From: an uncultured Gemmataceae bacterium
GTDB lineage: Bacteria; Planctomycetota; Planctomycetia; Gemmatales; Gemmataceae
Assembly (NCBI GenBank): GCA_963804745.1
Contig: CAWDRY010000012.1
Coordinates: 30,562-94,561 of the forward strand
DNA length: 64,000 bases
Direction of reading: 5' to 3'
The notes below the pieces were generated by a model. That model was given only the letters and a program-made list of their open reading frames with translations. It was not told the DNA's origin and did not search any database. The position numbers were made by a program, and so were the translations under genes. Positions 22,172 to 31,163 of this stretch are shown here, piece after piece. The number at the start of each line of letters is the position of its first letter. Position 1 is the stretch's first letter.

Positions 22172-23128
22172 ATGGCGGATTTCGACAGCCCTTGGAAGGA
22201 AGCTCTCGATGTTTATTTCCGGGCCTTTCTGGCCTTCTTCTTTCCCTTGATCCATGATGATATTGACTGGTCGCGGGGTTTCGAAATGCTCGACAAGGAA
22301 CTCCAGCAGATCACGCCGAAAGGTTCGCAGGGCCGCCGTCACGTGGACAAGCTGGTGAAGGTCTGGCGCAAGAACGGCTGCGAAGTTTGGGTGTTGATCC
22401 ACATCGAGGTGCAGACGCGGCGGGAACGCGGCTTTGCCCTGCGGATGTACGAGTACAATTACCGTATTTTCGACCGCTATCATCGAACAGTGGTTAGCCT
22501 GGCGGTGCTTGCGGATGACAATCCGGACTGGCGGCCGAACAGCTACGAGAATGAGCTATGGGGTTGGTCGATCCGTATGACTTTTCCGCCCGTGAAGTTG
22601 CTTGATTACGCCAACCGCGAGGCCGAGTTGGAAGCGGACAGCAACCCGTTCGCCAAGGTCGTGCTGGCGCACCTGAAAGCACTGATGACACGGCGTGATC
22701 CCGATGAACGGCGGGCATGGAAGTTCCGCCTCGTGCGCGGCCTCTACGAGCGCGGCTTCAAGGCCGACGATGTGCGGCAGCTGTTCCGCCTGATCGACTG
22801 GCTGATGGAGTTGCCGCCGCCGTTGGAAGATCGACTCTGGAAAGATATCATAAAGTACCAGGAGGAACGACGCATGCCATTCGTGACAACACCGGAGAGA
22901 TATGGAATCAGGATGGGGATGCTGCAGATGATCGAGGATACCCTGCGCATCAAGTTCGGCGAAGAAGGGGTCGGGTTAATAGCTGAGATCGAGGCCCTCC
23001 ACGACGCGGAGAAGATGCGAGCCATCCACCGCGTTCTCGTCACGGCAGATAACCTCGACGAGGTACGTGGTGCGTGTGCCGAGGCCGCCGCACCTGCCAA
23101 GCGCCGTTCTCGTTGGCGCTCAACGTAA
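22172..23128 (+). CDS. Rpn-family recombination-promoting nuclease / putative transposase (PD-(D/E)XK, YhgA/transposase_31-like)
   Basis: MADFDSPWKEALDVYFRAFLAFFFP...VWVLIHIEVQTRRERGFALRMYEYNYRI (D...E-V-Q core), C-terminal DUF4351-like helical region. Confidence 0.7.
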   Translation: MADFDSPWKEALDVYFRAFLAFFFPLIHDDIDWSRGFEMLDKELQQITPKGSQGRRHVDKLVKVWRKNGCEVWVLIHIEVQTRRERGFALRMYEYNYRIFDRYHRTVVSLAVLADDNPDWRPNSYENELWGWSIRMTFPPVKLLDYANREAELEADSNPFAKVVLAHLKALMTRRDPDERRAWKFRLVRGLYERGFKADDVRQLFRLIDWLMELPPPLEDRLWKDIIKYQEERRMPFVTTPERYGIRMGMLQMIEDTLRIKFGEEGVGLIAEIEALHDAEKMRAIHRVLVTADNLDEVRGACAEAAAPAKRRSRWRST

Positions 23129-23509
23129 ACCAGTCGAACGCCAATGCCCAGACTACAGACTGTCTGCGTACCGGGGATGAGAATCTAACGCTGTCCAGAA
23201 GAGCACCAGCGGTACACTTTCGGTAGCTACTGAAGGTTGAGAATCCGTCCTGTGATCAACGGTCACGGTACGAGCCGCAACTTCCCTCCGCCCCGGCTAT
23301 CTGCATGGTCCCTCCATCGCCTCAACCATTCCAACCAACTTGGGGAGAACATGGTGTGAACCCTCAACATTGCGTCACAGAAGCATCACAGGAACAGGAG
23401 CGAACCACTGGCGACGACAGCTTGCCGGCGCCGCGCGCAGCAAGGCGAGAAGCCGATTCCGGCCATTCTCACAGGCGCAGGAACATCAATTCGTAAACCA
23501 ACCCGGCCA

Positions 23510-23775
23510 GGAAAGAAAGGGCGGTTGTGACAATGGACTCCCCCGCCGCCGCGCGCCGCCGAACCCGGTGACCGAACCAGCGCTGGTGAAGATGACGAAA
23601 CCAGGTGGGAATCATCGCTGCCTGCCTTTGCGAAGCAGAATGCGCGAACCAGATACCCGTTGGCGGGGCTGGACAGTGTGCATCCAGAAGGGGGGATCGC
23701 CGTTCCCCGGAATGGCTTATCGGCCGCCATCCCTGGCCGGCCACAGACTTGGGGTTAATGGTAAGCGAAACAGAG
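23510..23775. repeat. ~255-bp direct repeat, copy 2 (right flank of Rpn-like gene)
   Basis: ccgccgccgcgcgccgccgaacccggtgaccgaacc...ggttaatggtaagcgaaacagaggga shared with copy 1. Confidence 0.8.
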
Positions 23776-24049
23776 GGATAGTCAAGGGTCCGGGGCCGTT
23801 CTCCCTTTTTCTCCCCCCAAACCACCCCAAAACCGGTCAGAATCCCCTCAAAAGCCCGAAGAAAAGCCGTCGAATTGGCAACAACCGGCAACGTTGTGGC
23901 AACGGGACCACTCATCACCGGCCTGTACAGATTACTCAGTAGCCTCTTTCCTCTCATCCTCCGTGATACGTTTCACCCTCCGTGAATACATCTCAGGGGG
24001 TATGTCACAAGAAGTGAGAACAAACGCCCGCATCCAGCCTCTTAACGAT

Positions 24050-26045
24050 GTCCCCGGCCGTAAATAACCGTCCAACAGGGATCGATGGCAGGTGGAAATA
24101 GGGGTAGGGAGCCTGCCTCCGGCAGGCTCCCGAGTCGATCAGGATGGGGTCGTGGGGCACAACCCGGCGTCGACGGGTTTCGGGGCGACCGAACTGCGCA
24201 GGCGTTCGCGTTCCTGAGGTGTCATGTTCCAGGGCAGGTAGCATTGCGGCTCGGGCGGCGGCCGGCCCCCAGCTTTCGCACAGTCCGACAGGTAGGCCGT
24301 GAGCCATTTGGCAACGTCCATGTCCCAAAGCTGAACCGTTTGAAACAGCGAGAACAGCATGGCTGCCAAGCGTCCGCTCCACAACGATCCCGAGCCGTAG
24401 AAGTTCTTGCGGGCAATCACCGGGCCGCGCTGCCGGCGCTCGGCTTCGTTATTGTCCATCGGCACTTCGGGATGATCCACAAACACTGTCAGGCCGGTCC
24501 AGTGTTCTTTCAGGCTGTTGAGCGCTTTGCGTTGCGGGGGCCGCAACTTCGGTTGCGTCAATTCCTCGTCACAACGCTGCCGCATGTGTTCCACTTGTTG
24601 ACGCACGAATTGGTCAGCCTCGGCATAGGCGGTGGCGTTGGCGGTGACGGCCAGGCGCTGGTCATTGAGCTGGTACAAAGTGCCGATGGCTTCAACCCAT
24701 GACCAGGCCCAGTCGGTCAGCTCCGACCAACCGGTCAGCACCTCGAGGAAGTCGCGGCGCACATGGGCCCAGCAAAACGACAGGATGATTTTCCCCGCCT
24801 TGACCTGGGCCATGGCCTTGTAGGCGCTGTAGCGATCGACGTTCATGATGCCTTTGGCACCGTCGCCCAAGTGTCCTTCGGGAACCTCGTGGGAACGCGT
24901 TGGATCGAGCACGAACACGACCGACTCTGGGGCGGCGAAGACCCAGAGCTGCCACACGAAATTGGCTTTGTTCGGCTGCTTGACGAAGATGGGCCAGCGG
25001 GTTTCGTCGCCATGCCAATGGTTTTCGCCGCGATTGTGTTCGGCGAGGAGTACGTAGAGCGGCTCAAAGAGCGGCACGAGTTTATGCAGGCCGTCGGTGA
25101 TGGTGCCGGCGGCCAAATCAAGCCCATAGCTGCGTAATTCGGCGAGGACACGGTACAGCGGCTGGAAGAATTCGAACTTGTGCTGCAGGATCAGCACCCA
25201 GATGGAAATGCCGATGGCGCTTTTGCGAATGAGTTTGTCGGGTGGCGGAGCCGTGACCACAAGCGGTTGCTTGGGGCAGTTGCAGCGCCGGCGATAACGG
25301 CGGCGCTGATAGCGGCGGCGATGGGCACGCACTTCAATTTCGAGGATGTTGCCGTCGGTGGTGCCGGCAATCTCCTCAAACGGTTGGCCGCAAGCGGGAC
25401 AACATTTTTGCTCGTCGGGCAATGAGCAGTCTTCATGGCTGGTGGGCAGATGATCGTGCTGGCGTCGGCCGTGGCCTTGGCTGCCGCGCTGTTGGCCGCG
25501 TGGCCGCCGCTGCTGGTTGGTAGGCGCGGTCTTACCCTGCGCCGGCTTCGTCGCAGATGAGGTTTCGGATTTGCGGCCGAAGAGCCGACGTTTCAACTCG
25601 CGGATTTCGCCTTGCAGCAGTTGGTTCTGTTCCGCCAACGCCACTTCGCGCTGCCGGGCGCGTTGATGTTGGGCCTGCCAATAGTTGGCCTGCCAACGCA
25701 GATCGACGAGTTGCCGCCGCAAACGGTAGACGGTCACCAGAGCGAGCAAAAAGAGCCAAGCGAGCATACAAAAACGCTGCCACAACCAGGCCGCCGGGTC
25801 AGGTTGCGAATCTTCCTGGAAGTCGGCGTCGAGGACGATGGCCGGGGAGGCCGGAACCAGCACTCCTTGCTGAGCCGGAAGAGGAACCAGAGGATAGAAA
25901 GCGTTGGCATCCATGCTCCTCAATCGTAGGCAGCCAACCAGCCGCGGATTCAGCGAATGTCAAAAAAACCGCGGATCAAGGCAATAAACCAGGCAAACTT
26001 TACGCCCAGCGGACCCCGTTGGTCGAATGTTTACCCCCGGCCCGA
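24050..26045 (-). mobile_element. IS66-family insertion sequence (single-ORF ISBst12-like organisation, no tnpA/tnpB)
   Basis: imperfect terminal IRs ccggccgtaaataaccgtccaacagggatcg (24054-24084) vs rc of cggaccccgttggtcgaatgtttacccccgg (26010-26040); internal TnpC. Confidence 0.7.
24139..25923 (-). CDS. tnpC: IS66 family transposase TnpC
   Basis: N-terminal leucine zipper/coiled coil, CPACG zinc finger, DDE core (HGDETRWP...), C-terminal NNEAERRQRGPVIARKNFYGSGS. Confidence 0.85.
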   Translation of the reverse strand: MRSMDANAFYPLVPLPAQQGVLVPASPAIVLDADFQEDSQPDPAAWLWQRFCMLAWLFLLALVTVYRLRRQLVDLRWQANYWQAQHQRARQREVALAEQNQLLQGEIRELKRRLFGRKSETSSATKPAQGKTAPTNQQRRPRGQQRGSQGHGRRQHDHLPTSHEDCSLPDEQKCCPACGQPFEEIAGTTDGNILEIEVRAHRRRYQRRRYRRRCNCPKQPLVVTAPPPDKLIRKSAIGISIWVLILQHKFEFFQPLYRVLAELRSYGLDLAAGTITDGLHKLVPLFEPLYVLLAEHNRGENHWHGDETRWPIFVKQPNKANFVWQLWVFAAPESVVFVLDPTRSHEVPEGHLGDGAKGIMNVDRYSAYKAMAQVKAGKIILSFCWAHVRRDFLEVLTGWSELTDWAWSWVEAIGTLYQLNDQRLAVTANATAYAEADQFVRQQVEHMRQRCDEELTQPKLRPPQRKALNSLKEHWTGLTVFVDHPEVPMDNNEAERRQRGPVIARKNFYGSGSLWSGRLAAMLFSLFQTVQLWDMDVAKWLTAYLSDCAKAGGRPPPEPQCYLPWNMTPQERERLRSSVAPKPVDAGLCPTTPS

Positions 26046-26280
26046 TGCAAGTACCCAACTTCGCTGACCTTACGGCCACTGCACATCATCCAGCCACGCC
26101 GGAACTTTCATCTCACCCTCAAAGCCTGGGGACATGCAATGAGAAATACATTGTGCCGCACTCTCCTGCCTAACATCCTCCTCACAACCAAGTTGGACAA
26201 ATAGATTCTTCACCTTTATCCTTCAGGTTGGGCGAGCCGAGCAGCGTAAGCTGCCGGGTGATGAACCCCATCATCTACTC

Positions 26281-27539
26281 ATGAAAGGCATTCCCATGGA
26301 CCCCATCACCATCCGTTACACCTTCCGTCCACGCCAGCGCAGCCTGGCAACCGGCCGGGTTGCCGACCTGTTCGGCGTCGATTTCGACGAGCCGCCGCAT
26401 CTTGTTGCCGACAACGTGCTACTCGACATCCGGCCCGGCGATCTCGTGCTGTTCACCGGCCCGTCCGGCAGCGGCAAATCATCGCTGCTCCGCGCCGCCG
26501 GCAAGCAACTCGGCGCCTTCGACGCCGCCTCTCTCTCCTTGCCGGACCTGCCGCTCGTCGATTGCCTGTCCGGCTCGCTGGAAGAACGGCTCGCCAAACT
26601 CTCGGCATGCGGTCTTTCCGAAGCCCGCCTGCTCCTGCGCAGCCCCGACGAACTCTCCGACGGCCAACGCTACCGTTTCCGCCTCGCCTACGCCCTGGAC
26701 CAACTGCCCACTGCCCACTGCCAACTCCCCACTGACCACTCCCCACTCACCACTCCTCACTTCCTGATGGCCGACGAGTTTGCCGCCTTTCTGGACCGCA
26801 CTCTGGCAAAGGTCCTGGCCTTCAATGTCCGCAAGTTGTGCTCGCGCAGCGGTGTCAGTTTCCTGCTGGCGACCACGCACGACGATCTGCTCGACGACCT
26901 CAATCCCGACGTGTGCGTGTACTGCCACGGCGACGGGCAGGTGGCATGTCAGCGGCGCGACGTAAAAAAAAAGACATCTCGTTTGTGCATGACCTTTGGC
27001 TGTCGGAAGGCGCCCGCGCCGATTGGCCGTACTTCGCTCGGTGGCATTACCGCAGCCATCAGCTCGCCTACGTCCGCCGGATCGTCCTGCTCTGGCACGG
27101 CGACGAGCCGATCGGCATCTGCGTCTTTAGCGCCGGCGGCGGCGCTGAAACTGCGGACTCGCTATTTTGGTCTTCACAATCCCCATTCGAGCCTGCACCT
27201 CTCGGCCCTCAATCGGCAACTCTGGCTGCTGTTGCGCGTCGTCCTGCATCCCACCTATCGCGGTGCGGGGATTGCGACGGCCTTTGTGCGGCGGGCGTGT
27301 GCGACGTGTCCGGTGGACTGGATCGAGACGCTGTCGGCGATGGGGCAGGTCAATCCTTTCTTCGAGCGCACGGCTTTACGCGCGTCGGCGTCATTCGCAG
27401 AGAGCGAAAGAATAACCGGGGCCGGTCGTATGGCGCGATCTACGGCGGGCACGATGTGCGTGTCAGCGCCGAGACGGTCCGGAAGAGCCGGTACAGCGAG
27501 CCGGTGTATTATGTGATGGATAATCGGCAGAAAGGATGA
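26281..27539 (+). CDS. soluble ABC-type ATPase domain fused to C-terminal GNAT-like acetyltransferase domain; frame broken at least three times (A9 run at 26964-26972, ~27150, ~27370)
   Basis: Walker A GPSGSGKSS, signature LSDGQRYRFRLAYAL, Walker B LMADEFAAFLD, H-loop LATTHD; GNAT motif A RVVLHPTYRGAGIATAFVRRA and motif B NPFFERAGFTRVG in alternating frames; embedded heptamer SSR 26700-26760. Confidence 0.55.
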
Positions 27540-27712
27540 AGGATGAAGGATGAAGGATGAATCGGAAAGGATGAGCGGTCACTGGCCCGAAGCGTTACCG
27601 AGGCAGGATTTACCCTCGCTAACGCTTCGGGCCAGTGTTCAAACTCGTTCCCACGGTCCGCCGTGGGAACGAGAGGAAGTCTTCATCTCATCCTTCATCC
27701 TTCATCCTTTCT
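27520..27712. repeat. composite palindrome between convergent genes: outer (GGATGAA)n/(TTCATCC)n arms, inner rearranged MITE core hairpin (cactggcccgaagcg...cgcttcgggccagtg) plus 13-bp-stem hairpin ctcgttcccacgg/ccgtgggaacgag
   Basis: read directly at 27530-27715. Confidence 0.75.
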
Positions 27713-28121
27713 TAAGAAGCTCTAACACTGGAACAACGTTGACAGTACCGAACTGGCGGAAGTGATCGTCGAAAGCAAACGCACATTGGATGCCAAGGCG
27801 ATCCATGACTACCCGGCTGACACAGTCGGTGAAACTCCACTTCTTATCGTGAAACCGGCGGAACACCTGCCAGGCAGCTCGGACGTCCGCCGTCGAGATC
27901 CATTCGAGACGAGAGATCGATTCGTCCAGAAGATTTTCGCCGATATGGAAAGCGCGGGAGAACTCACGCCGCATCTTGAGAAGCGTCAGCAACTCGTCCA
28001 GGACGTAATCGGTCGTCAATAGCTGTTCTGAATTTTGGGTCAACCAGGTGTGGGCTGCAAGATGATTGGGATCGTTGGGCACAAAGGCTGCAAACCACGC
28101 ACTTGTATCAACAAAGATCAC
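27702..28121 (-). CDS. vapC: type II toxin VapC (PIN domain)
   Basis: IFVDTSAWFA..., TDYVLDEL, SFTDCVS, AFDDHF PIN acidic residues. Confidence 0.85.
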   Translation of the reverse strand: MIFVDTSAWFAAFVPNDPNHLAAHTWLTQNSEQLLTTDYVLDELLTLLKMRREFSRAFHIGENLLDESISRLEWISTADVRAAWQVFRRFHDKKWSFTDCVSRVVMDRLGIQCAFAFDDHFRQFGTVNVVPVLELLKKG

Positions 28122-28399
28122 GACGCCTCTCCGTAGAGTAGTTCGTCAATATCGCTACTGGAGAATCCGTCTGCGGGGTTCTGAACCGGCAACGCTGCCA
28201 AGGTGCGTTGCAGGTCGCGGAGCGCACGTTGTTGCTCCGAAGTGGAAACAGGCTCGGGCCGGGATCGTAGCGATCTGGCCAAACTTTCGATCAATTCCAG
28301 TTTCTGCACATCGTTCAAGTGCTGAAGCGATCGTTCGAACATTTCCCTTTCGGATGCGCTCATGATCTCCCCCACGCAGAGTGATGAGTCTATTGCCAA
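28118..28399 (-). CDS. VapB-like antitoxin (start possibly at 28363, MSASERE)
   Basis: small ORF overlapping vapC start by 4 nt (ATGA), helical/acidic C-terminus. Confidence 0.6.
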   Translation of the reverse strand: MAIDSSLCVGEIMSASEREMFERSLQHLNDVQKLELIESLARSLRSRPEPVSTSEQQRALRDLQRTLAALPVQNPADGFSSSDIDELLYGEAS

Positions 28400-28562
28400 C
28401 AGATATTATAAGAGATTTACCTGGAGCGATCAAAGAGTCTTCAAGGGCTATTTCATTTCCGCCGCGAATTGTATATTATTGAAGTACAGCGGCGGTCAGG
28501 TTTCCGGAGTGTCGCCCGGAGGGGCCGCCGCGTAACGCCTCCTTACCTGGAGCCGCACCCTG

Positions 28563-28955
28563 ATGGACTCCGCTTCTCCCGAACGTCCGCAACCGACTGT
28601 GCTGGTTGTGGAAGACGACGAATTGATTCGCGACGGACTGGCAGCAGTTCTCGTTCACGCCGGATACCTCGTATTGACAGCCGGTACGGGCCACGATGCT
28701 ATCGGTCTGCTGCGCACGCCGCTATCTCCCGTCGACATCCTTTTGCTGGATGTTCAGTTGCCCGACGTCAACGGCGTCGATCTGTGTACACGGATGCGGG
28801 AGATTTTCCCCAAGCTCCCCGTCGTCGTTTGCAGCGGCGATACCAGTTCCGGGGAAAGGGCGGCGCTGCGGAAACTCGGTATTCAGGGGTTCCTTCAGAA
28901 GCCGGTGGACATGGAACAAGTAATCGCCGCGTTGGCGAAAGCTTTGTCACACTAA
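28563..28955 (+). CDS. single-domain response regulator (CheY-like receiver)
   Basis: VLVVEDDELIRD, phospho-acceptor D in ILLLDVQLPDVNG, conserved T and K (GFLQKP). Confidence 0.85.
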   Translation: MDSASPERPQPTVLVVEDDELIRDGLAAVLVHAGYLVLTAGTGHDAIGLLRTPLSPVDILLLDVQLPDVNGVDLCTRMREIFPKLPVVVCSGDTSSGERAALRKLGIQGFLQKPVDMEQVIAALAKALSH

Positions 28956-28968
28956 CCCGACTTGAAAG

Positions 28969-29081
28969 TGGTGAGTGGTGAGTGGTGAGTGGTGAGTGGT
29001 GAGTGGTGAGTGGTCCAAATGGTTACCACTCACCACTCACCTACTCACCACTCACTCCTCTTCTCCACTCACCACTAACTC
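28969..29081. repeat. heptamer-repeat palindrome HPR-1: (GGTGAGT)6-ggtccaaatggttacc-(ACTCACC-like)6, 14 nt after response-regulator stop
   Basis: read directly. Confidence 0.85.
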
Positions 29082-29109
29082 CGTACTGATTTGCTGAAAG
29101 AGCCTGACG

Positions 29110-29763
29110 ATGAATCCCATTCGCATCCTGCTTGTCGAGGATCATCACCTGGTCAGGGCGGGGATTCGCTCCTTGCTCCTGGGGGTGGCCGGCGTCCAGG
29201 TTGTCGGCGAGACGGGGGACGGGAGGGAGGCGCTGCGCTTGATTGCCGAGGTGCGCCCCAATGTGGTGTTGATGGACATTGCCTTGCCCGGACTCAACGG
29301 TCTGGAAGCGACCGCGCGGGCCGTCAAGGATTTTCCGAATGTCCGCGTGATCATGCTGTCGATGAACCGCGCTGAAGAGTACGTCCTGCGGGCGCTGCGC
29401 TGCGGCGCTGCCGGCTACCTGCTCAAGGACAACACTCCCGTCGAGCTGGAGCAGGCCATCAGAGTGGTTGCGCGCGGCGAAACCTATCTCAGTCCCGATG
29501 TCTCGAAGCACGTGATCGCGGCGTATGTCCAACGCCGTGACAGCAAGCCGACTTCTCTGGAGCGGCTAACACCCCGCCAGCGCGAAGTTCTGCAGCTCAT
29601 CGCGGAAGGACGTTCTACCAAGGAAATTGCCAAGACCCTCGCCATCAGCATCAAAACGGTGGAAATGCACCGCCAGCAATTGCGCGAGGCCCTCGACATC
29701 CACGACACCGCCAGCCTGGTGCGCGATGCGCTGCGCATGGGGGTGGTGTCCGCGGACAAGTGA
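29110..29763 (+). CDS. NarL/FixJ-family response regulator (REC + LuxR-type HTH)
   Basis: ILLVEDHHLVRAG, VVLMDIALPGLNG, C-terminal LTPRQREVLQLIAEGRSTKEIAKTLAISIKTVEMHRQQL. Confidence 0.9.
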   Translation: MNPIRILLVEDHHLVRAGIRSLLLGVAGVQVVGETGDGREALRLIAEVRPNVVLMDIALPGLNGLEATARAVKDFPNVRVIMLSMNRAEEYVLRALRCGAAGYLLKDNTPVELEQAIRVVARGETYLSPDVSKHVIAAYVQRRDSKPTSLERLTPRQREVLQLIAEGRSTKEIAKTLAISIKTVEMHRQQLREALDIHDTASLVRDALRMGVVSADK

Positions 29764-30453
29764 CGGGGTTTGGTGATTGAACCCACATGATTTGACAGGC
29801 GAACCAGGCAGCGTGAACTGCCGGGTGATGGAATTGGCGACTCCCCTTCTTGCGCCGGTCGTTGAATTCCCCGGCCTTGTGCCGGGGATGGTATTGTGCG
29901 GCTGACACGGGCATGGATCGAGGGTGTCGTGAGGCGCAGACCATTCGCCACGCCGGATGCCAGAATGGCGTGACTGATCGTCGTTGGCACGGTGCCGATC
30001 CTGATTGCCGGGGTCGCTCTCAAGGATTACGTCGAGGGACCGTTGCGCTCCCTCTATGTGATCGCGGCGGCCGCCATCGTGCTCGCGCTGGTTATCATGG
30101 TGGCGGAAGGATTGGTGCGCTGGCGGCAGCGAACACGGCGACTGCCACGCGACATGGACCATCTGATCCACGTCCGAGCCTGAAGCGTCAGCGAAGAGTG
30201 CTGAGCGCTATACATCCGAACACAAAGCCTCAAACCCCGTTCGTGGTCTGGCGCAAAGAAATCGCACCGACCCACGAATTACATTGCGCGGACTACCCGG
30301 TCGCAAACACGGTTCGTTCCATATAATTGACAAAGGCAACACGGGCTGTGCATCTTTCGTCGTTACCGTCACCGATTCTTTCGGAAATAGATTGACGACC
30401 GCCCTTTGCGAAAGGATCATGGGGAAACCGCATCCCTGGAAGGGCAATCGGTC

Positions 30454-31056
30454 ATGGACACCATCTTCTGGATTTGTGCCGTTGTCGGCGGGACGCTGCT
30501 GGTTTGCCAGTTTCTCCTGAGTTTCCTGGGGATTGGCGAACACCAGGACGTCGACGGTCATGACGTCCATGCCGGCGTTGGGCATGATGTGTCTCATCAC
30601 GATGCCGAGCACGAGCAAAGCGAATCCTGGTTCTTCAGCGTCTTGACCTTCCGTACCGTCGTGGCCGCCGTCACCGTTTTTGGACTGGCTGGCCTGGCCG
30701 CGTCTGCGGGGCAAGTCGAACAGCCGATCAGGCTCGTGATTGCACTGGCCGGCGGGGGTGGAGCCATGTTCATGGTGGCCGGCCTCATGCGGCTGATGAT
30801 GAGACTCAAATCCGATGGAACGGTCCGCGTGGAACGCGCGGTTGGCAAGACCGGCACCGTCTACCTCACGATCCCCGGACAGAAGGCCGGCGCAGGCAAA
30901 GTTACCTTGAACTTGCAAAACCGTACCGTGGAATACCAGGCCGTCACTTCCGATCAGGAGCTGCCCACCGGAGCCAAAGTCGTCATTGTCGCGGTGGTCT
31001 GCTCGGATACCGTCGAAGTCGCCCCGGCACAAGTTTCAGTAATGAGTAATGAGTGA
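30454..31056 (+). CDS. NfeD/YqiJ-family membrane protein (flotillin-associated)
   Basis: N-terminal TM helices MDTIFWICAVVGGTLLVCQFLLSFLG, C-terminal OB-fold GKTGTVYLTIPGQKAGAGKVTLNLQNRTVEYQAV; immediately upstream of flotillin. Confidence 0.7.
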   Translation: MDTIFWICAVVGGTLLVCQFLLSFLGIGEHQDVDGHDVHAGVGHDVSHHDAEHEQSESWFFSVLTFRTVVAAVTVFGLAGLAASAGQVEQPIRLVIALAGGGGAMFMVAGLMRLMMRLKSDGTVRVERAVGKTGTVYLTIPGQKAGAGKVTLNLQNRTVEYQAVTSDQELPTGAKVVIVAVVCSDTVEVAPAQVSVMSNE

Positions 31057-31152
31057 TGAGTGGAGAAGAAGAGTGAGTGGTGAGTAGGTGAGTGGTGAGT
31101 GGGTACCATTTGGACCACTAACCACTAACCACTAACCACTCACCACTTTGGA
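31038..31152. repeat. heptamer-repeat palindrome HPR-2 (same family as HPR-1 in opposite orientation), begins within last codons of nfeD-like gene
   Basis: agtaatgagtaatgagtgatgagtgg...gagtgggtaccatttggaccac(taaccac)n. Confidence 0.85.
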
Positions 31153-31163
31153 AAGGGCTAACA

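Noticed and set aside
24085-25436. Plus-strand ORFs antisense to the IS66 transposase (24085..24702, 24763..25137, 25180..25425)
   Set aside because: They lie fully inside a well-supported minus-strand transposase CDS and carry no motifs.
29991-30183. 63-aa ORF with a hydrophobic segment (LYVIAAAAIVLALVIMVAEGLVRW) as a gene or fragment of a membrane protein
   Set aside because: Too short and without recognisable motifs. It could be a remnant, for example of a UppP or sensor-kinase C-terminus, but the evidence is insufficient to call.
30208-31032. 274-aa minus-strand ORF opposite the nfeD-like gene
   Set aside because: It is antisense to a gene with a clear family signature. Its translation is Gly/Arg/Asp-rich low complexity typical of GC-rich antisense frames.
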